The notes: generated by a model not told the origin, from the letters alone. A stretch of DNA of 64,000 nt from the human T2T-CHM13v2.0 reference genome, Homo sapiens (GCF_009914755.1 NC_060925.1), one strand, 5' to 3'. Positions 27,704 to 43,248 are shown, counted from the first letter of the stretch. Numbers and translations are program-made.

Positions 27704-28796
27704 ACAATGAGAACACAAGGACACAGAGAGGGGAATATCACACGCTGGGGCCTGTTGCAGGGTAGGGGCTAGGGGAGGGATAGCATTAGGAGAAATACCT
27801 AATGTAGATGATGGGTTGATGGGTGCAGCAAACCACCGTGGCACATGTATACCTATGTAACAAACCTGCACGTTCTCCACATGTATCTCAGCACTTAAAG
27901 TATTAAAAAAAAAGAAAAGAAAAAAAAATCTGGTGCCTCTGTGAGGAAGAAGGAAAAATACAGCCCCATGTCCTTGCAAAATTTATAGGCTTTTTGTGAG
28001 TTTAGATATTTGCTGAAGTCCTAAATGGAGAACATGAGAGGCTTGCAAAATCCTTAAGATTCCTCTGCTTTGTTTTTGCTGTCTTTATTGAAGGAAAAGG
28101 GAATATAGAATATAATTTTGCCGTTTTCTTTATTGTATTTGATAACAAGAGACAAGTTCCAGAATCTTCATTTTTAAAAAACCTCAGTCACATAATTTTT
28201 GACACCAAAATTCAAGATCAGTGGTATCCAAGTCAGACCCAAGAGGTACATGCTACAGTCCCCTTAGGTTTGTAGGGTGAGGAACCACAAATAGCTCTCT
28301 TTGCTGAGCTGTCCCCAGACATAGGTGGATAGACTTTTTCACCTGCTGTGGCCATCCCCTGTTGGCCTCAGTGGTGTAGCAGGTCTGGCAGCTTTTCCCA
28401 TGATTGTAGGGATGTGGTGGGGTGTGTGTGCAGAGTGGTAGAGTCCTTCCTGCTCTGCTCTAAAACCCTAGCCATGGAAAATCCTTTCTTCTTCTCCTCA
28501 GAGTGCCAACAGTGGCACTGGGGCTCTCTGCTGGGCTGGCAGAGAGGAGTGGATATGTGGAAGTCTTTCTTCCCGAATCTTCTCTTTATAGAGGACTGGT
28601 TTAAAACATGTCATGCATTCATAGTGTCATCTGTATGCCTGTCTTTGTAAAGTGCAGATCTGAACATGTTACTTGCACACATAGATGCTTCCAATTGTTC
28701 CCATTGCCTACAGAAGGAATGATTATGGAATAAACTCCAATTTCTTAGTACAATATGCAAAGCCTTCCATGACCAGTCTCTTCCTATCTTCCTAGA

Positions 28797-29016
28797 CCAT
28801 TGCTGTCCATCAGGAATGTAAAGCAAGCCACATATGTAATTAAAAATTTTTTAGTTGTCACATTATAAAATAGAAAAATAAACAGATAAGGTTAGTTTTA
28901 ACAACATATTTTATTGTATCCAGTATATCAAAAATATTATTTCAGCATGTGACACTCGTCATATTTCATGTGCTTAGAAGCTACATGTAGCTAGCAGCTA
29001 CCACACTGGACCAAAT
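28797..29016 (+). mobile_element. MER33-like hAT-Charlie element with internal deletion, inside an L2
   Basis: 'gctgtcca...gcaagccacatatgtaattaaaaattt' start and 'atttcatgtgctt..agctacatgtagctagcagctacc..actggac' end. Confidence 0.75.
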
Positions 29017-29069
29017 AGTTTTGGTCTCTTGACCTTTAGTTTCCCTTGGACCCCAATCCTCACCTCTCT

Positions 29070-29445
29070 TTCAATCCTAGGAACAATGCTTGCCTATTTC
29101 CTACTTGGGAACATTTACATGAGCTATTTCTTTCCCATGCCTGAGAAATTCCAGTCCTTTCTTTACATTTTTAAGTATCACTTCTTCTGAGAGTCTTTCT
29201 CTAAGAGCCCATCCCTGTCCACTTCTCACCAAGGGCAGACAAAGTGCTCCATTCCCAGGGCTCTTAAAACCCCTGATTCTCCAGCAGGCTTCCTCCCTGT
29301 GTACTGTAATTATTTTCCAGACTCTGGACCCGTCCTTCACTAGACCATGAGCACTTTCATGACAGGGATGGTTTCCTATTTATTTTTGTTTAACAAGCAC
29401 TTAGCATGGTGTCAGAATACAGAATTCAATGACTCTTGAATAAAC
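29070..29445 (+). mobile_element. L2 3' fragment
   Basis: 'atcacttcttctgagagtctttctct', 'cactagaccatgagcactttcatgacagggat'. Confidence 0.7.
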
Positions 29446-30019
29446 ACTGGGGTAAAAGTATGAGTGTGGCTAAGGCTAATACCAGGTGACTGCTGAGCAC
29501 TCCCCGAGGGTCTCTGTGGTGTCAGGCACTTGATGTATATTACCTGATCCTGACTTTACTCTGTCAGGTAGGGGCTATTATCTCCATGTAAAGATGCAGG
29601 GAATGAGACTCAAAGTCATTCATTCAGTCAGTCAGTCAGTAATTGTGTATTGGCCACCAAGTGCATGCTAGGCACTGTTTCAGACACAGGGGATAATAGC
29701 ATTCGACGAAAGAGGCAGAGACTCTATCCTTTAGGAACTTAGATTTGGTTGGGGGAAGCTTATGCATGTAAGTGGATGAGATTATTTCAGCTAACTGAGC
29801 AATGCCAGAAGAAGACAGGATGGTACAGTGCTGGGGTAGAGTGTGTGTGGCTCTTGGGCCTCCAAGGGCCCCTGTGAGTGGCAGCACTGGGTTGAGAATT
29901 GAATGATGAGAAGGGTGATGGAAGGCACCCATGACAGGGTTCCAAAGAAGAGTTGAGATGAGCAATCCACATAAGATATTCCTAGAAACGAACTGGCCAC
30001 GTCTAAGAAACAGAGCTAA

Positions 30020-31560
<1,541 letters not shown>

Positions 31561-32865
31561 TGGTACTAGTCAAGAAGAACAGGGGAAGTGTTTGAGATTT
31601 GGAGATTTGGCAGTGGTCGGCTTGGAGAGTGGACGGTGTACCTGCAAAGGGTGTGTAGAAGGATGTGGTGCAAAGTCGGCAGCCCACGAGACACATTCGG
31701 CATGATGCAAAGTTGCCACTCCTCTACTTCTGAGGCAGAGTGGCATTGGAACCCAGTTCTGCCCAGCCCCCAGGAGCCCTTGACATAGCAACATGCTTCC
31801 CTAAAGGAGAAAAAAAAATGTGACCTGTACTATGCCACTTATTCCTCACTGAATAGACTGAGAAGTTGGAACACATAAAGGTAATAAACTTTCACTCCCC
31901 TCTCCCCTTCCTAGGACTTCCCCCTTTCTCTTGTCCCTTTAGCTTTCCCTTTTTCGATAAACGTCTGTTGAACACCTACCCGTGGCAGGTATTGATTGGG
32001 CTTTGTGCTGGGAATATGGCTGCAGACAAGGCAGGAGGTCCCTGGTCTCATGGAACATCTGTTCTAAGAGAGGTGACAGCCATAATGAGGGAAAGAAATG
32101 ATGGCATATGATCATTTCAGATACTGATAACCAACCATATCAGTAAAGTCAACAAATGGGCAGTGAGATTGAGCGGCGGGTTGGGGGGTACTTTTGAAGG
32201 TCCCTCTGAGAATCTGACCTTTTTGCTGAGCTCTGAAGGGTAGGAAAAAAGGAATTGTTGACAACCCAGGGCCTTTTCTGTCCATGGTAGAGAAAAGGAG
32301 ACTAGATGAAAGAGAGCCTGTGGGATGGGGTGAAGAAATCCTCTTGACACTTTTTGTTCAGAAGATTGAGATGTTTGAATCTCACCATGGAAGGATTCTC
32401 AGTTATCTAGCTCCCTCTCTCTGTCTCCCTCTCGTACCCCCCTACATTTCAACAACTGTTCATTTCTGGAAACAAAATCATCCTGCAAGCACAAAAAGAG
32501 GTTGGCATTCAGATCAGGCGTACTCCAAAATGAACTGAGAAAATTGACCTGAAACACAAAATCAAGCCTGTTATTTCAGCAAAACCAACAGCCATCGATC
32601 AGGAAATCCTTGTCTCATAAGAAGTTCCACCCAGACCTTCCCTTGGCGCTTTGTTTTTCCTCCCATCTTGCTCTCTGTGTTTGGCTCCTATCTTACATGA
32701 GAACCTGTTTTCTTTGCCTGGCGTCACACCCTGAGTGCAAAGGTAGTACGCAGCAGTAAGGTCAAGGTGGGCAGGAGGCGTGGAGGTGTCAGGTTGTTTG
32801 TGTGCTTGCTGGGTGGGGTCCAGAAGGAATTTATGTGTAATCTCCAGCTGTAACACCATTTAATG

Positions 32866-33359
32866 CAGCGATCTTCGGCCTTTTTGGCACCAGAGACCAG
32901 TTTCATGGAAGACAATTTTTCCATGAATGGGGTCTTGGGATGAGTCAAATGTATTACATTTATTGTGCACTTTATTTCTATTATTATTACATTGTAATAT
33001 ATAATGAAATAATTATATAACTCACCATAATTTAGAATCAGTGGGAGCCCTGAGCTCATTTTCCTGCAACTAGATGGTCCCATCTGAGGGTGATAAGAGA
33101 CAGTGACAGATCATCAGGTATTAGATTTTCCTAAGGAGCGCACAACCTAGATCCCTCTCATGTGCAGTTCACAATAGGGTTTGCACTTCTGTGAGAATCT
33201 GATGCCATCACTCATCTGACAGGAGGCAGAACTCAGGCAGGAATGGGATCAATGGGGAGCTGCTGTAAATACAGATGAAGCTTTGCTTTTCTCACCCACC
33301 ACTCACCTGCTGTGGGGCTTGGTTCCTAACAGACCATGGACTGATACCAGGGTCCCCTG
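32866..33359 (+). mobile_element. MER1A hAT-Charlie DNA transposon
   Basis: 'tttttggcaccagagaccagtttcatggaagacaattttt' start, MER1A internal block, 'ccctg' end; exact 8-bp TSD atttaatg at 32858-32865 and 33360-33367. Confidence 0.92.
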
Positions 33360-34167
33360 ATTTAATGGACTTTTCCTAGTGAAAGAAAAAAAAAGAGGAG
33401 GCTAAAGAGTTCACCTTCCTAGGAACTCTCAAAAACAGACTTCTCCTTCCTGATGAAGGTAATATAGAACTTAGCTCAACTCCAAACTCTGTGTTGCCCT
33501 GAAAGTCTTGAGGAGGTGCTATTTTGAGAAAAATTTTCATTCTCCAGTTATATTCCCTTTTAGGAATTTGAGAGTTAGAAGGGATCTTGCAGCTTGTCTG
33601 CATCACCCAGGGAAGTCCTTTGGTGTGTTCTTCTATGGCAATGTTTTGTCTGGATGACTTGGTACCAGAAGGACAGACTGGCTCCTCTCACTGTTCAGCC
33701 CCCTCAAGTTCCATAGTGCAATGTTTCCAGACACTTTTCACCTCACACTCCATGTAGAAAATGATCATCTTGGCAAGACACATTGGAGTAAATAGACAAG
33801 GTTGCTCAAGGCCAGACATGGACTGAGGTCTGGGGCTGGGCCAGTGTGTTGTTACAGGACAGAGGGGATAATATGTTGGCACACTGAAAATCCATCGGCA
33901 GGTAGCTCTGCTGATAGATCGCCTTCCTCACTAGGTTCCATGCCCCTTGAGGGTAGGAGCTGTGTTTTGGTCTTTCTTAAATTAAAAACCTCAGGCCCTT
34001 GAGAAGTTCGACAGCTGGTAGAGAGCCCATGAAAATATGGTTGCCTTAAATGCAACAAAGATCTCTTCAGTGGGAGGTGACCACAGAGATTACTTTCTTA
34101 AGTGTCATTGATAACCAAAGATATGTCGTTGGGTTGCATTAAAGATGTGTCATTAAAAACTATTCTT

Positions 34168-34508
<341 letters not shown>

Positions 34509-34519
34509 TCACTCTGATC

Positions 34520-34640
34520 TGAAATCACACTGCTCAGGTTTGGGTCCTGGCTCTGCCACTCATTGGCTGTTTCACCTTGAACAGGTTACTTACTCTCTTG
34601 AGACCCTGGTTTCCTCATCTGTTCAGTGAGGATAATGAAA
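34520..34640 (+). mobile_element. MIR fragment
   Basis: 'tcctggctctgccactca..ctgtttcaccttgaacaggttactt...tttcctcatctg'. Confidence 0.8.
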
Positions 34641-34907
34641 TCATCTAGTATGTGATACTACCCAAGGGCTATCTATCTGCAAGGCCCTTGCTCTACATCA
34701 CTCCATCAAACTCACTCTATAGGAGCCTTTTTAAATCTACACAGCCACACATACAAGACACCAGAGAAGTCAGAGAGAACATTTTTTGAGAGACTTTGCA
34801 ATTTAGTTAAAATAAATACTGGCTAACAATGCCTAGATTTATTAAATACTTGGGATTAATCCAACAATTTGTAAAGTACTTGAGATCAATCACTCAACCT
34901 ACATTAT

Positions 34908-35047
34908 GGCTGGGCACAGTGGCTCACGCCTGTAATCCCAGCAATTTGGGAGGCTGAGGCAAGAGGATCACTTAAGTTCAGGAGTTCAAGACCACCCTGG
35001 GCAATACAGGGAGACTCAATCTCTATTAAAAAACAAAAAACCAAAAC
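34908..35047 (+). mobile_element. FLAM (free left Alu monomer)
   Basis: Single left arm plus A-rich tail, with cattat on both flanks. Confidence 0.88.
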
Positions 35048-35376
35048 CATTATGGGCTATTGTCTTATGTTTTGGAGTTACAAAGATGGTCAAAAGAAAG
35101 ATGGTATGAAAAGTGGCATAAAAATTAAAACTAATGATTTATTTAGGTTTTTGTGGTTGTTAATTTAGAAAAAATTAAAATGAAATAAGAATTCAGTATG
35201 GTAGCCAATAAATTTTTCCAAAGACACTGAACCCTGAGATATATATTAGACATGTTTCTACTTTCTGAGTTCTGATTGGGGTGTTGTCCTTTGAAAGTGA
35301 GGAGCCAATAAGATGGATTTTTAAATGATGGTTGGGAAAGGGTGGTAGGAAGTGATTTCCGATTTCTCCACAGTAG

Positions 35377-35790
<414 letters not shown>

Positions 35791-37229
35791 TTTTTTTTTT
35801 TTAATATTAGAGGAAGCTACCTAAGTATTTGCCTTGAGGAAATCCAATGATTCTAAAAGCTCCTTTGAAAGAAATTTACTAAGAAGTTGAACAAAAATAT
35901 TCTAATAAGTAAGATAGTAAGTTTGAATATCTTTGATACTTACAGGACAGAGGAGAGAGGGAAGGGTTTATAAAGTCTGTGAAATATATGTCACTTAAAA
36001 ATATGTGTTACGTATTCAACACTTATGTTAAAAAATGATTAGGAAAACCTGGCTTACCTTTTCTAATTAGAGGGACCTGGCTGAGAGGCTGGCCAGATTC
36101 TACATTTTCCAAGAAAATCAAATCCTAGAAAGGTCGCATTTCCTTTTGAATGTTGACACCAGAGATAGCTGAAAGATAGAGAAGTTCTCCTTATTCAGTA
36201 TTTTGAACTGAAGGATCCTATTTGATGTTTTTTGTTTGACCTAATGTCCTAGAAGTAAACTGAAATTCTACCTACTCCTTTTGGAGAGGCATCACGGGAG
36301 AAGTACCCTCTTAAAATTCTAAGTCTTCTGTTAGCAGAAAACATCATCTTTTGGTTAGTGGAAATTTCCACTCCCAGCACACCTAGGCATTTTTACCTCT
36401 ATACAGCTTCCTCTTGGTTTTTGTGATTGAGTTAACTTTCAGCAAGTTACCTTGTTTCTCCCGTTTCTTATTTAACTATGCTATATCTTTTACTTCTCTT
36501 TCTCCATTAACTAATTCCCACAGCCCTTTTCTTAAACTTTTCCTACGCTGAAAGATACTTTAAATATTTTGATCTTCCTCTTTACAAAAAGGGGTGGCAG
36601 GGCGAAGACCTGGTTTGTCCAGAAATCGGGTATCAGATCTGCCCCCAAATCTTGATTCACAGTCATGACACAATTCAAATTTATTCACTAGTTTGTTAGT
36701 CCTTGTATTCTTACTCAACCTAAAGGAACATTTTTGCTTTTAAATCCAATTCCAAAATAGGAGGGCAGTAGGAATGTTGAGTGATTATTATAATGTGTGA
36801 TTATTACGTGCAGCTAAGCACATACATGACTTCATTTAAGTCTCGTACCACAGTGCCTTGAGATAAGTTGTGTCATCTCCATTTTATAGATGAGTAGGCA
36901 GAACTAGTAATCCTAACCACTGTGTTTACACTGCCAGCTAGTACTGTATAGTAAATTTACAATTCTAAATTGATTGAAAATTTATTTGTGTATTTAAAGC
37001 TGTTATAAACCTAAGATAATCTTAAATTTTTTAATCTGGTTTAGAAGCATGTCAGAAAATTTGACAATAATTAAAGAAATGTGTAGGCCCATTTTGCAAG
37101 TGTTTCCTGTTCAGCTGGTATTGATGTTCGTAGGGCTTGATTGATATTCACTGGTAAAATTATGAGCAATATTAGTGAATGTCACAGCAAACTCTTGGAT
37201 TCCATTTAGTTATGTTGTAGTCAGTGAAT

Positions 37230-37725
37230 GGAACAGACTGGTAATAAAGTGTATCATGGATTTTCAAGTCAAAAGAAACTCGATTCAAATCCTGACTTTT
37301 CCTCTATGCTTGGATGAGCTTGCAGGCCACTCATCCCTTCTAATATCAGTATATTCATCTGTAAAATGGAAATAATAATATCTCATATGGTAATGGTTAA
37401 ATTAAATGGGACAATGTATGTAAATTGCTTAGACCTTGTACATAATATAATAACATCCAATAAAATTGTAGTTGTTCATAACAATCATCATGATCATAGA
37501 ATCCAGGTTGGGAAGGATCAGACAGACTTAAAGATCAGGCAGACTTAGTGCAAGTTCTGATTCTACTAGTAAAATGGCCTTTGTTAAGTCACTTTGCCCC
37601 TCTGAGTTTGCATCTCTTTATCTGCACAATGCGGATAATATTTAACACAGGATTATGATAAAGATTACGTGAAAAGTGACGTCTGTAAAATGTCCAGCTC
37701 TAATTGACCTTCACAAATGATAGCA
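37230..37725 (+). mobile_element. Two tandem MIR relics
   Basis: Cores 'tcatctgtaaaatggaaataataat' (about 37356) and 'ctttatctgcacaatgcggataata' (about 37617). Confidence 0.7.
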
Positions 37726-39487
37726 AACCCCTCCCTTTGGTTGGCATGTTGCCTGTCTTTTAGAATAGGCAGATATAGGGCCTAGAATTATTAGAGAGCT
37801 TTATTTAATATTGAACATTAGTTTCCCCATGGCATGTATCAGTTTGGCTCCAATCTTATGATCTGAGTGATTGAGAAAGTTATTTTTGCTCTCTGGGTCA
37901 TGATTTTGATTAGATCTAGAAATACTCTGAGGATCCCAACTTACTTACTTGATTGCTAGGACTAAAGCTCTTGTTCTTCTATAATCTTTATCTCCATCTT
38001 CCTGGATACATTCTGTGCTGAATAAAACTATTTATATATATAAAAAATTCTAAATCAAAGGAATATGTCAGGCAATGATTAATATACATTAATGTGTGAA
38101 TTGGATGGTTCAGTGTTCTCTGTGATTGTTGCCAGTGATTCAGAATTTAATACTGAGATCATCAGCATTTAAAATAATTTAACATTGTGTGACAATTTAA
38201 TTTATTTGATCACTGCTGCATTCTTCCTGTCCAACTTTATATGAAGCATTATAGTTGTGAAGTCAGTAATAACAATAGTAATGTGCTGAGTTTTGAACGT
38301 GAAGAAAAGGTGACCAAAGCAGCTAAATAAAGAATTGTACTGTGCATTTTCCTGAAAGGAGTTCCTCTGCTTGCAGGCTCTTCCCTGTGGTTTAGGTGCA
38401 AAATCCTTTAACCATATACTTAGCATTTCTACTCCTTGCGTGCAAATTTATTTTATTTCTGTGGACTGTTCCTCTGTGCCTTGCGTAAAGAGCTCTGGGT
38501 GAGATTATTAACATGTAATGTAAGATCTCACCCAACCTGCTTTTTGCTGTTTGGAACTGGGCATACAATCGCTATTCTGAGGTGGATAGTTATCTGGTTT
38601 TAAATCCAAGTTTTGTTCTCCACTAGATGCCAGATTTTATATTCCACCGGCTAACAAGTCTAAAAATACCATGTTAACTTTCCTCCCTTCTCTCTCAGAA
38701 GGAGACTTCATCTCCTCTAGCATTCATCAAGAACATATGCCCTGTTGTGGGCTCCTGAAACCCTGAAAAGAAAATTTCCTTTTAAACATAGTACCTGTAA
38801 AAGTTAAAATAGGTTTGTCTACTTGGTGTTATTTAAGGGGCACTGGGAAAGTTCTTCATTCCAGGTTATTTCCTCCAGTCATTACACTGTTGGTGATTTA
38901 TTTCTCTAGGATTCACATCTATCCTCCCTCAAGCCTGCAGGGACAGTACTGAACTTCCCCCTAACCACAGGGAAGGGAAGGATAGAGCTACAGAAATGAT
39001 AGCAGGCCAAGATCCCATTGGTGTGGAGTCCCTGAAATGGGGTCATGAGGCACTGGATACCAAGCATATCCTGAAGTGCACTGGATTGCACTGTTTAGAG
39101 CCTCCTGTCCCTGCTGGGGAGGAGGTAAGAAGGCCCAATCCCATGACAGGGGGTATATGAGGGCAGTGTTTTCCATAGCGACCAGAAGCAGATCATGGCC
39201 TTTGAGAATGAGCTGGTCATTGAAAATTATTTCAATTATAAGACTCTTGCCTAGGGGGAATACAGCCTCCTAAAATGCCTTTCATTTCAATTTGTGTAAC
39301 CTGTGTCTCCATGGAAGATTCTGCCTCCCAATGAAGACATTCTGGAAAGAGATCCCAGGGCCTAATTGTCAGCCTCTGCAAAGGAAGATTTTAAATGTTT
39401 TCTTCCTTTGCCTCTTATCCCCAGCTTTGTACAGTAACTACCTTGGTTCATGGATCTTCTCACCCAGTGATTCTCAAAATGAACTGG

Positions 39488-39841
39488 TGATATGGTTTAG
39501 CTGTGTCCCCACCCAAATCTCATTTTGAATTGTACTCCCATAATTCCCATGTGTTGTGGAAGGGACCCGGTGGGAGATAATTTGAATCATGGGGTCAGTT
39601 TCCACCGTACTGTTCTTGTGGTAGTGAATACGTCTCATGAGGTCTGATGGTTTTATCAGGGGTTTCCACTTTTGCATCTTCCTCATTTTCTCTTGCTGCC
39701 ACCATGTAAGAAGTGCGTTTCACCTCCCACTATGATTCTGAGGCCTCCCCAGCCATGTGGAACTGTTAAGTCCAATTAAACCTCTTTTTCTTCCCAGTTT
39801 CGGGTTTGTCTTTATCAGCAGAATGAAAATGGACTAATACA
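39488..39841 (+). mobile_element. THE1 (THE1A/B) solo LTR, ERVL-MaLR
   Basis: tgatatggtttagctgtgtccccacccaaatctc ... ggactaataca; exact 5-bp TSD actgg at 39483-39487 and 39842-39846. Confidence 0.96.
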
Positions 39842-40580
39842 ACTGGGTTTCAGGGTGCCTACTTACTATCTGTGAGACTTTGGGAAGTTATGTTAATTTG
39901 GACCTACTTCCTTTATATAAAAATGAATATATAATATATATCCTTCTGTCCATCTCACAAGATTGTTGTGAGTAAAATGAAAAAAGTGCTATTTTCAAGC
40001 ATTCAATGAATCCGTGATAAGCACCAAGTAGGAGTTTGTGCTAAGTACAGAGGTACTTAAGTACTTAGGAGGTGCTAAGTACAGAGGTACATGGTCTTCT
40101 ATCTAGGGAGATCAAAAGAGGACTCTTCCAAGCAAAGAAGATTCCTTCCTCTCCTGTTGTATCCTCAGCGTATTAACACCTGGGATGAATATAATATTTG
40201 TTCAATGGTCATGTGTAGCGTGACTTGTGCTGTAATATTATATGTGATGCAATATGGGAAAATAGCAAGATGGTGGATTACTGCTTTCATAGAGTGTAGA
40301 CAGACCTCTCAGTAGAGACAACGGTTGAGTTGGGCCTTGTGGATGAGTAAAGCTTCATGAAAAACTTAATATGTTGCCCTTATTTTTTACACTTTGCAGA
40401 GGACTGACGTTAGTTTCCATACTGGCATGTGGGAAGCTGTCACTGACTTATGACTTGTCCATTCATTCTAATAAAGTCACCTCACAGATGTGTTTATAAA
40501 TGCATTAAAATCAGGCATGTTTTCAGAGAAAGTTTTTAGAATATAAAATGTTATAATGTAAAACCACGCCCTTTTTTCAG

Positions 40581-40582
<2 letters not shown>

Positions 40583-40613
<31 letters not shown>
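40583..40613. repeat. (CT)n microsatellite
   Basis: About 15 pure CT units. Confidence 0.95.
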
Positions 40614-40616
<3 letters not shown>

Positions 40617-41669
40617 AGGAGCTGCTCTCCTTCTCCTTTCTTCTGTCTATTAAACTTTCCACTCTTTACCCCCCCACCCAACCCCATAAAAAAAGGAAAA
40701 ACCTATTAATTTATCTGGACCTTTTTTTTTTTACCTGATTCGACTACACTTTAAATTAAAACGTGCTTTGTTTTTAGAGCTGGAGTTTGTTGCTAACGAA
40801 AGGGTAATTATAGTTCACAGGAACACTCAACTCATTGGAACATACTTGCTGTAGATATTGAAAAAAAAATTTGTTCTTTTGAGGCAGGGACAGGAGAAAA
40901 GCCAAAGACAATGAGACAGGTTTTCTGGAGAGAGCTGGTTAATGCAATGCATGTGGCCCTTAGGAGGGCATTAGTTAGCAGAGCCATGTTTCTCATAGGT
41001 GCATTTTGTAAAATGAAAGTTTTAGTTCCTATGAAAAAAATGTTACATAGGGATAATGGTGAAGATTAATTAAAAGGGCATAATCATAACCTCTCTTTAT
41101 TACCATTTTATCATAACAATTACATTAACATAATATTATTGGCTAAATATTTCCCTTGCCAAGTAGAAGGATGTGATTGTATGGACCCTGTGTTTAGAGG
41201 ACAAAATAGTTACCCATATGGGTGATATGGTAGAGACTTCTATGAATTTTCTCGGGAGATTAACTCTTTAAACACAGAAAATTTTAATTTTGACAATTTT
41301 AATGATAGACTTTAGAATTCAGGAAATGCTTCACACTTTGGATCAAAGTAAATGCAAAGCAATTTAGTCTTTTCTTCTTCATGCCTTTAGGATTATTGCG
41401 ATGGATGTCAGTTATTATCTCAAATGCCATCGAGAGATGCTCAGGGCTGCTTGAATTGGTTCCAGAGCTTGGTGCTTCAGAGTAGAGTATACAGTCACTT
41501 TTTATATTTTTCTGTCTCTCTCCTCACTGTCTACTATATTTTATTTCTATTCCTTTTCCTATTCTTCAGCCTCACCTTTTTTACTGGCTTCTTTCCCAAG
41601 CGGCAAGTATGATTTGTCAGCTCTATCTTTTAAGAAATCCTACTTTTGTGTCGTCTGATCGAGCTCAAC

Positions 41670-42245
41670 ACTCCCTATAAATTATTCTTGCCAAAATATT
41701 GAACCTGAATTTGATCAAATCACTATATCCAAGTGCCAATCTGCAGGATATAGAAGAATTAAATGAACATGTTAAATGATACTTCAATGATACAATCAGC
41801 AAAGTTCCAAAACAAACAGAACTTTACAGGACAAATAACCAAGGGGAAAAGAAAGACAGACAGACGTGTAATGGATACCTATAGATCAGAAGAGACTAAA
41901 GACACTTGTCAGCCAGTTTCAGTGTATGGAGCTTACTTGGGTCCTGAGTGAAAAAAAAAACAAAACAATATGAAAAAATATGAGGCCACTGGGGGAAGTT
42001 GAACACTAATCAGATATTTGATGATTTTAAGGACTTATTGTTAATTTTTTAAGGTGTGATAGTGGTAGTATGGTTATGATTTTTTCGTGGTTTTTTTTTT
42101 TTTTTTTTGGAGACAGGTACTGATATTTCGGGATGAAACGATGACTTGATAATTGAAGTTTCATCGTGGGTATAAGAGACTGCATTATACTGTTTTCTCT
42201 ACTTTGAGTATGTTGAAATTTTCCATAAGAAAATATTAAAAAGCA
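41670..42245 (+). mobile_element. Old L1M (L1MC/ME-type) 3'UTR fragment
   Basis: 'tattcttgccaaaatattgaacctgaat', 'agatatttgatgattttaaggacttattgttaatttt', ending 'ttgaaattttccataa'. Confidence 0.75.
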
Positions 42246-43248
42246 ACAACAACAAATTAATTATCTGTTTTGAGACTCAGTCCTGTCTATCTGTACTGCC
42301 CATTACTTCACAAACATTTCTAGATAGAGTGGCTTCTAATCACTGTAGAGGCTCTAATTTTTCTGGGCTGTTCTTACAGTTTCTTCTTCTGTGTGCTCTG
42401 CTTCTTAGCTGTCTCCTTCCTCAGTCCTCTCCTAGTCTTGCTTTATACTAGGCATTCTTGGCCTGTGGGTTCAGAGATGAGCTTCGAAGGATCTGTCATT
42501 CCTCTGAAATATATAGCGCTTTGTCTGCATATGCAAATGTGCATTTTTTAGTTGTTAGGTTAATGCTTTTTACCAGCCTTCCAAGTGTCCATGATTCAAG
42601 AATGTTACAGACAGCCTTAGTGCACACTGTCCTGAATAATCACGTTTCATGGCTTTTTCTTCTCTCTGCATGCGTGATATCACATGTCTGGTCCACAACT
42701 CTGTCCTGTGCTTCAGCCCTATTCATTCGTCTACTCTTTATCTCCACCTAACAACTCAAAGATAGTATGTTTGGGTGTCAGTTTTACTATTTACCTAATT
42801 GCTCTTCATGTCAAATGTCTCTGAATTGGCCTGGATTTCACTTTCTTCCTTACCTAAACATCTACATCTAAATATTCATCAAACTCTTGGAATTTTACCT
42901 CTTAAATGATACCTTTTCTGTCTTCTCGTTATTTGGTACAATGTCTCAGTTTAGACCCTCGACATCTCTCCCCTGGTCACTGGACTCCCACTGTAAAGCT
43001 TCTTACCAATTTCCTTGCCTCTATCCCCATCTCTTCTGTTTGAAGGAATGATGTCACTAACAAAAAAATCTGGTCATTTCACATTTCTGCTGACATCAGT
43101 GGCTGATAATATCTTAGTACGGCCCTTCATTATCCAACCCTGGTCCACTTAAGTGGTCTCATTTCCTGACCTCCGTCCTCAGACCTATTTACAGCATGAC
43201 GTATTTGTCAAGTCTCCTAGACTTTGCTTATATATTCATTCTACCTAG

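Larger units (their letters stand above)
26019..27927 (+). mobile_element. 5'-truncated, 5'-inverted L1PA (approx. L1PA6-8)
   Basis: 26019-26365 is antisense ORF2 (minus-strand ORF ...[19 protein letters not shown]...); 26366-27927 is sense ORF2 3' part, 3'UTR and poly(A); TSD atctggtgcctctg at 26005-26018 and 27928-27941; TTTT/AA endonuclease site at about 26001. Confidence 0.96.

Noticed and set aside
27746-27780. G-rich tract as a novel G4
   Set aside because: It is the standard L1 3'UTR G-rich tract.
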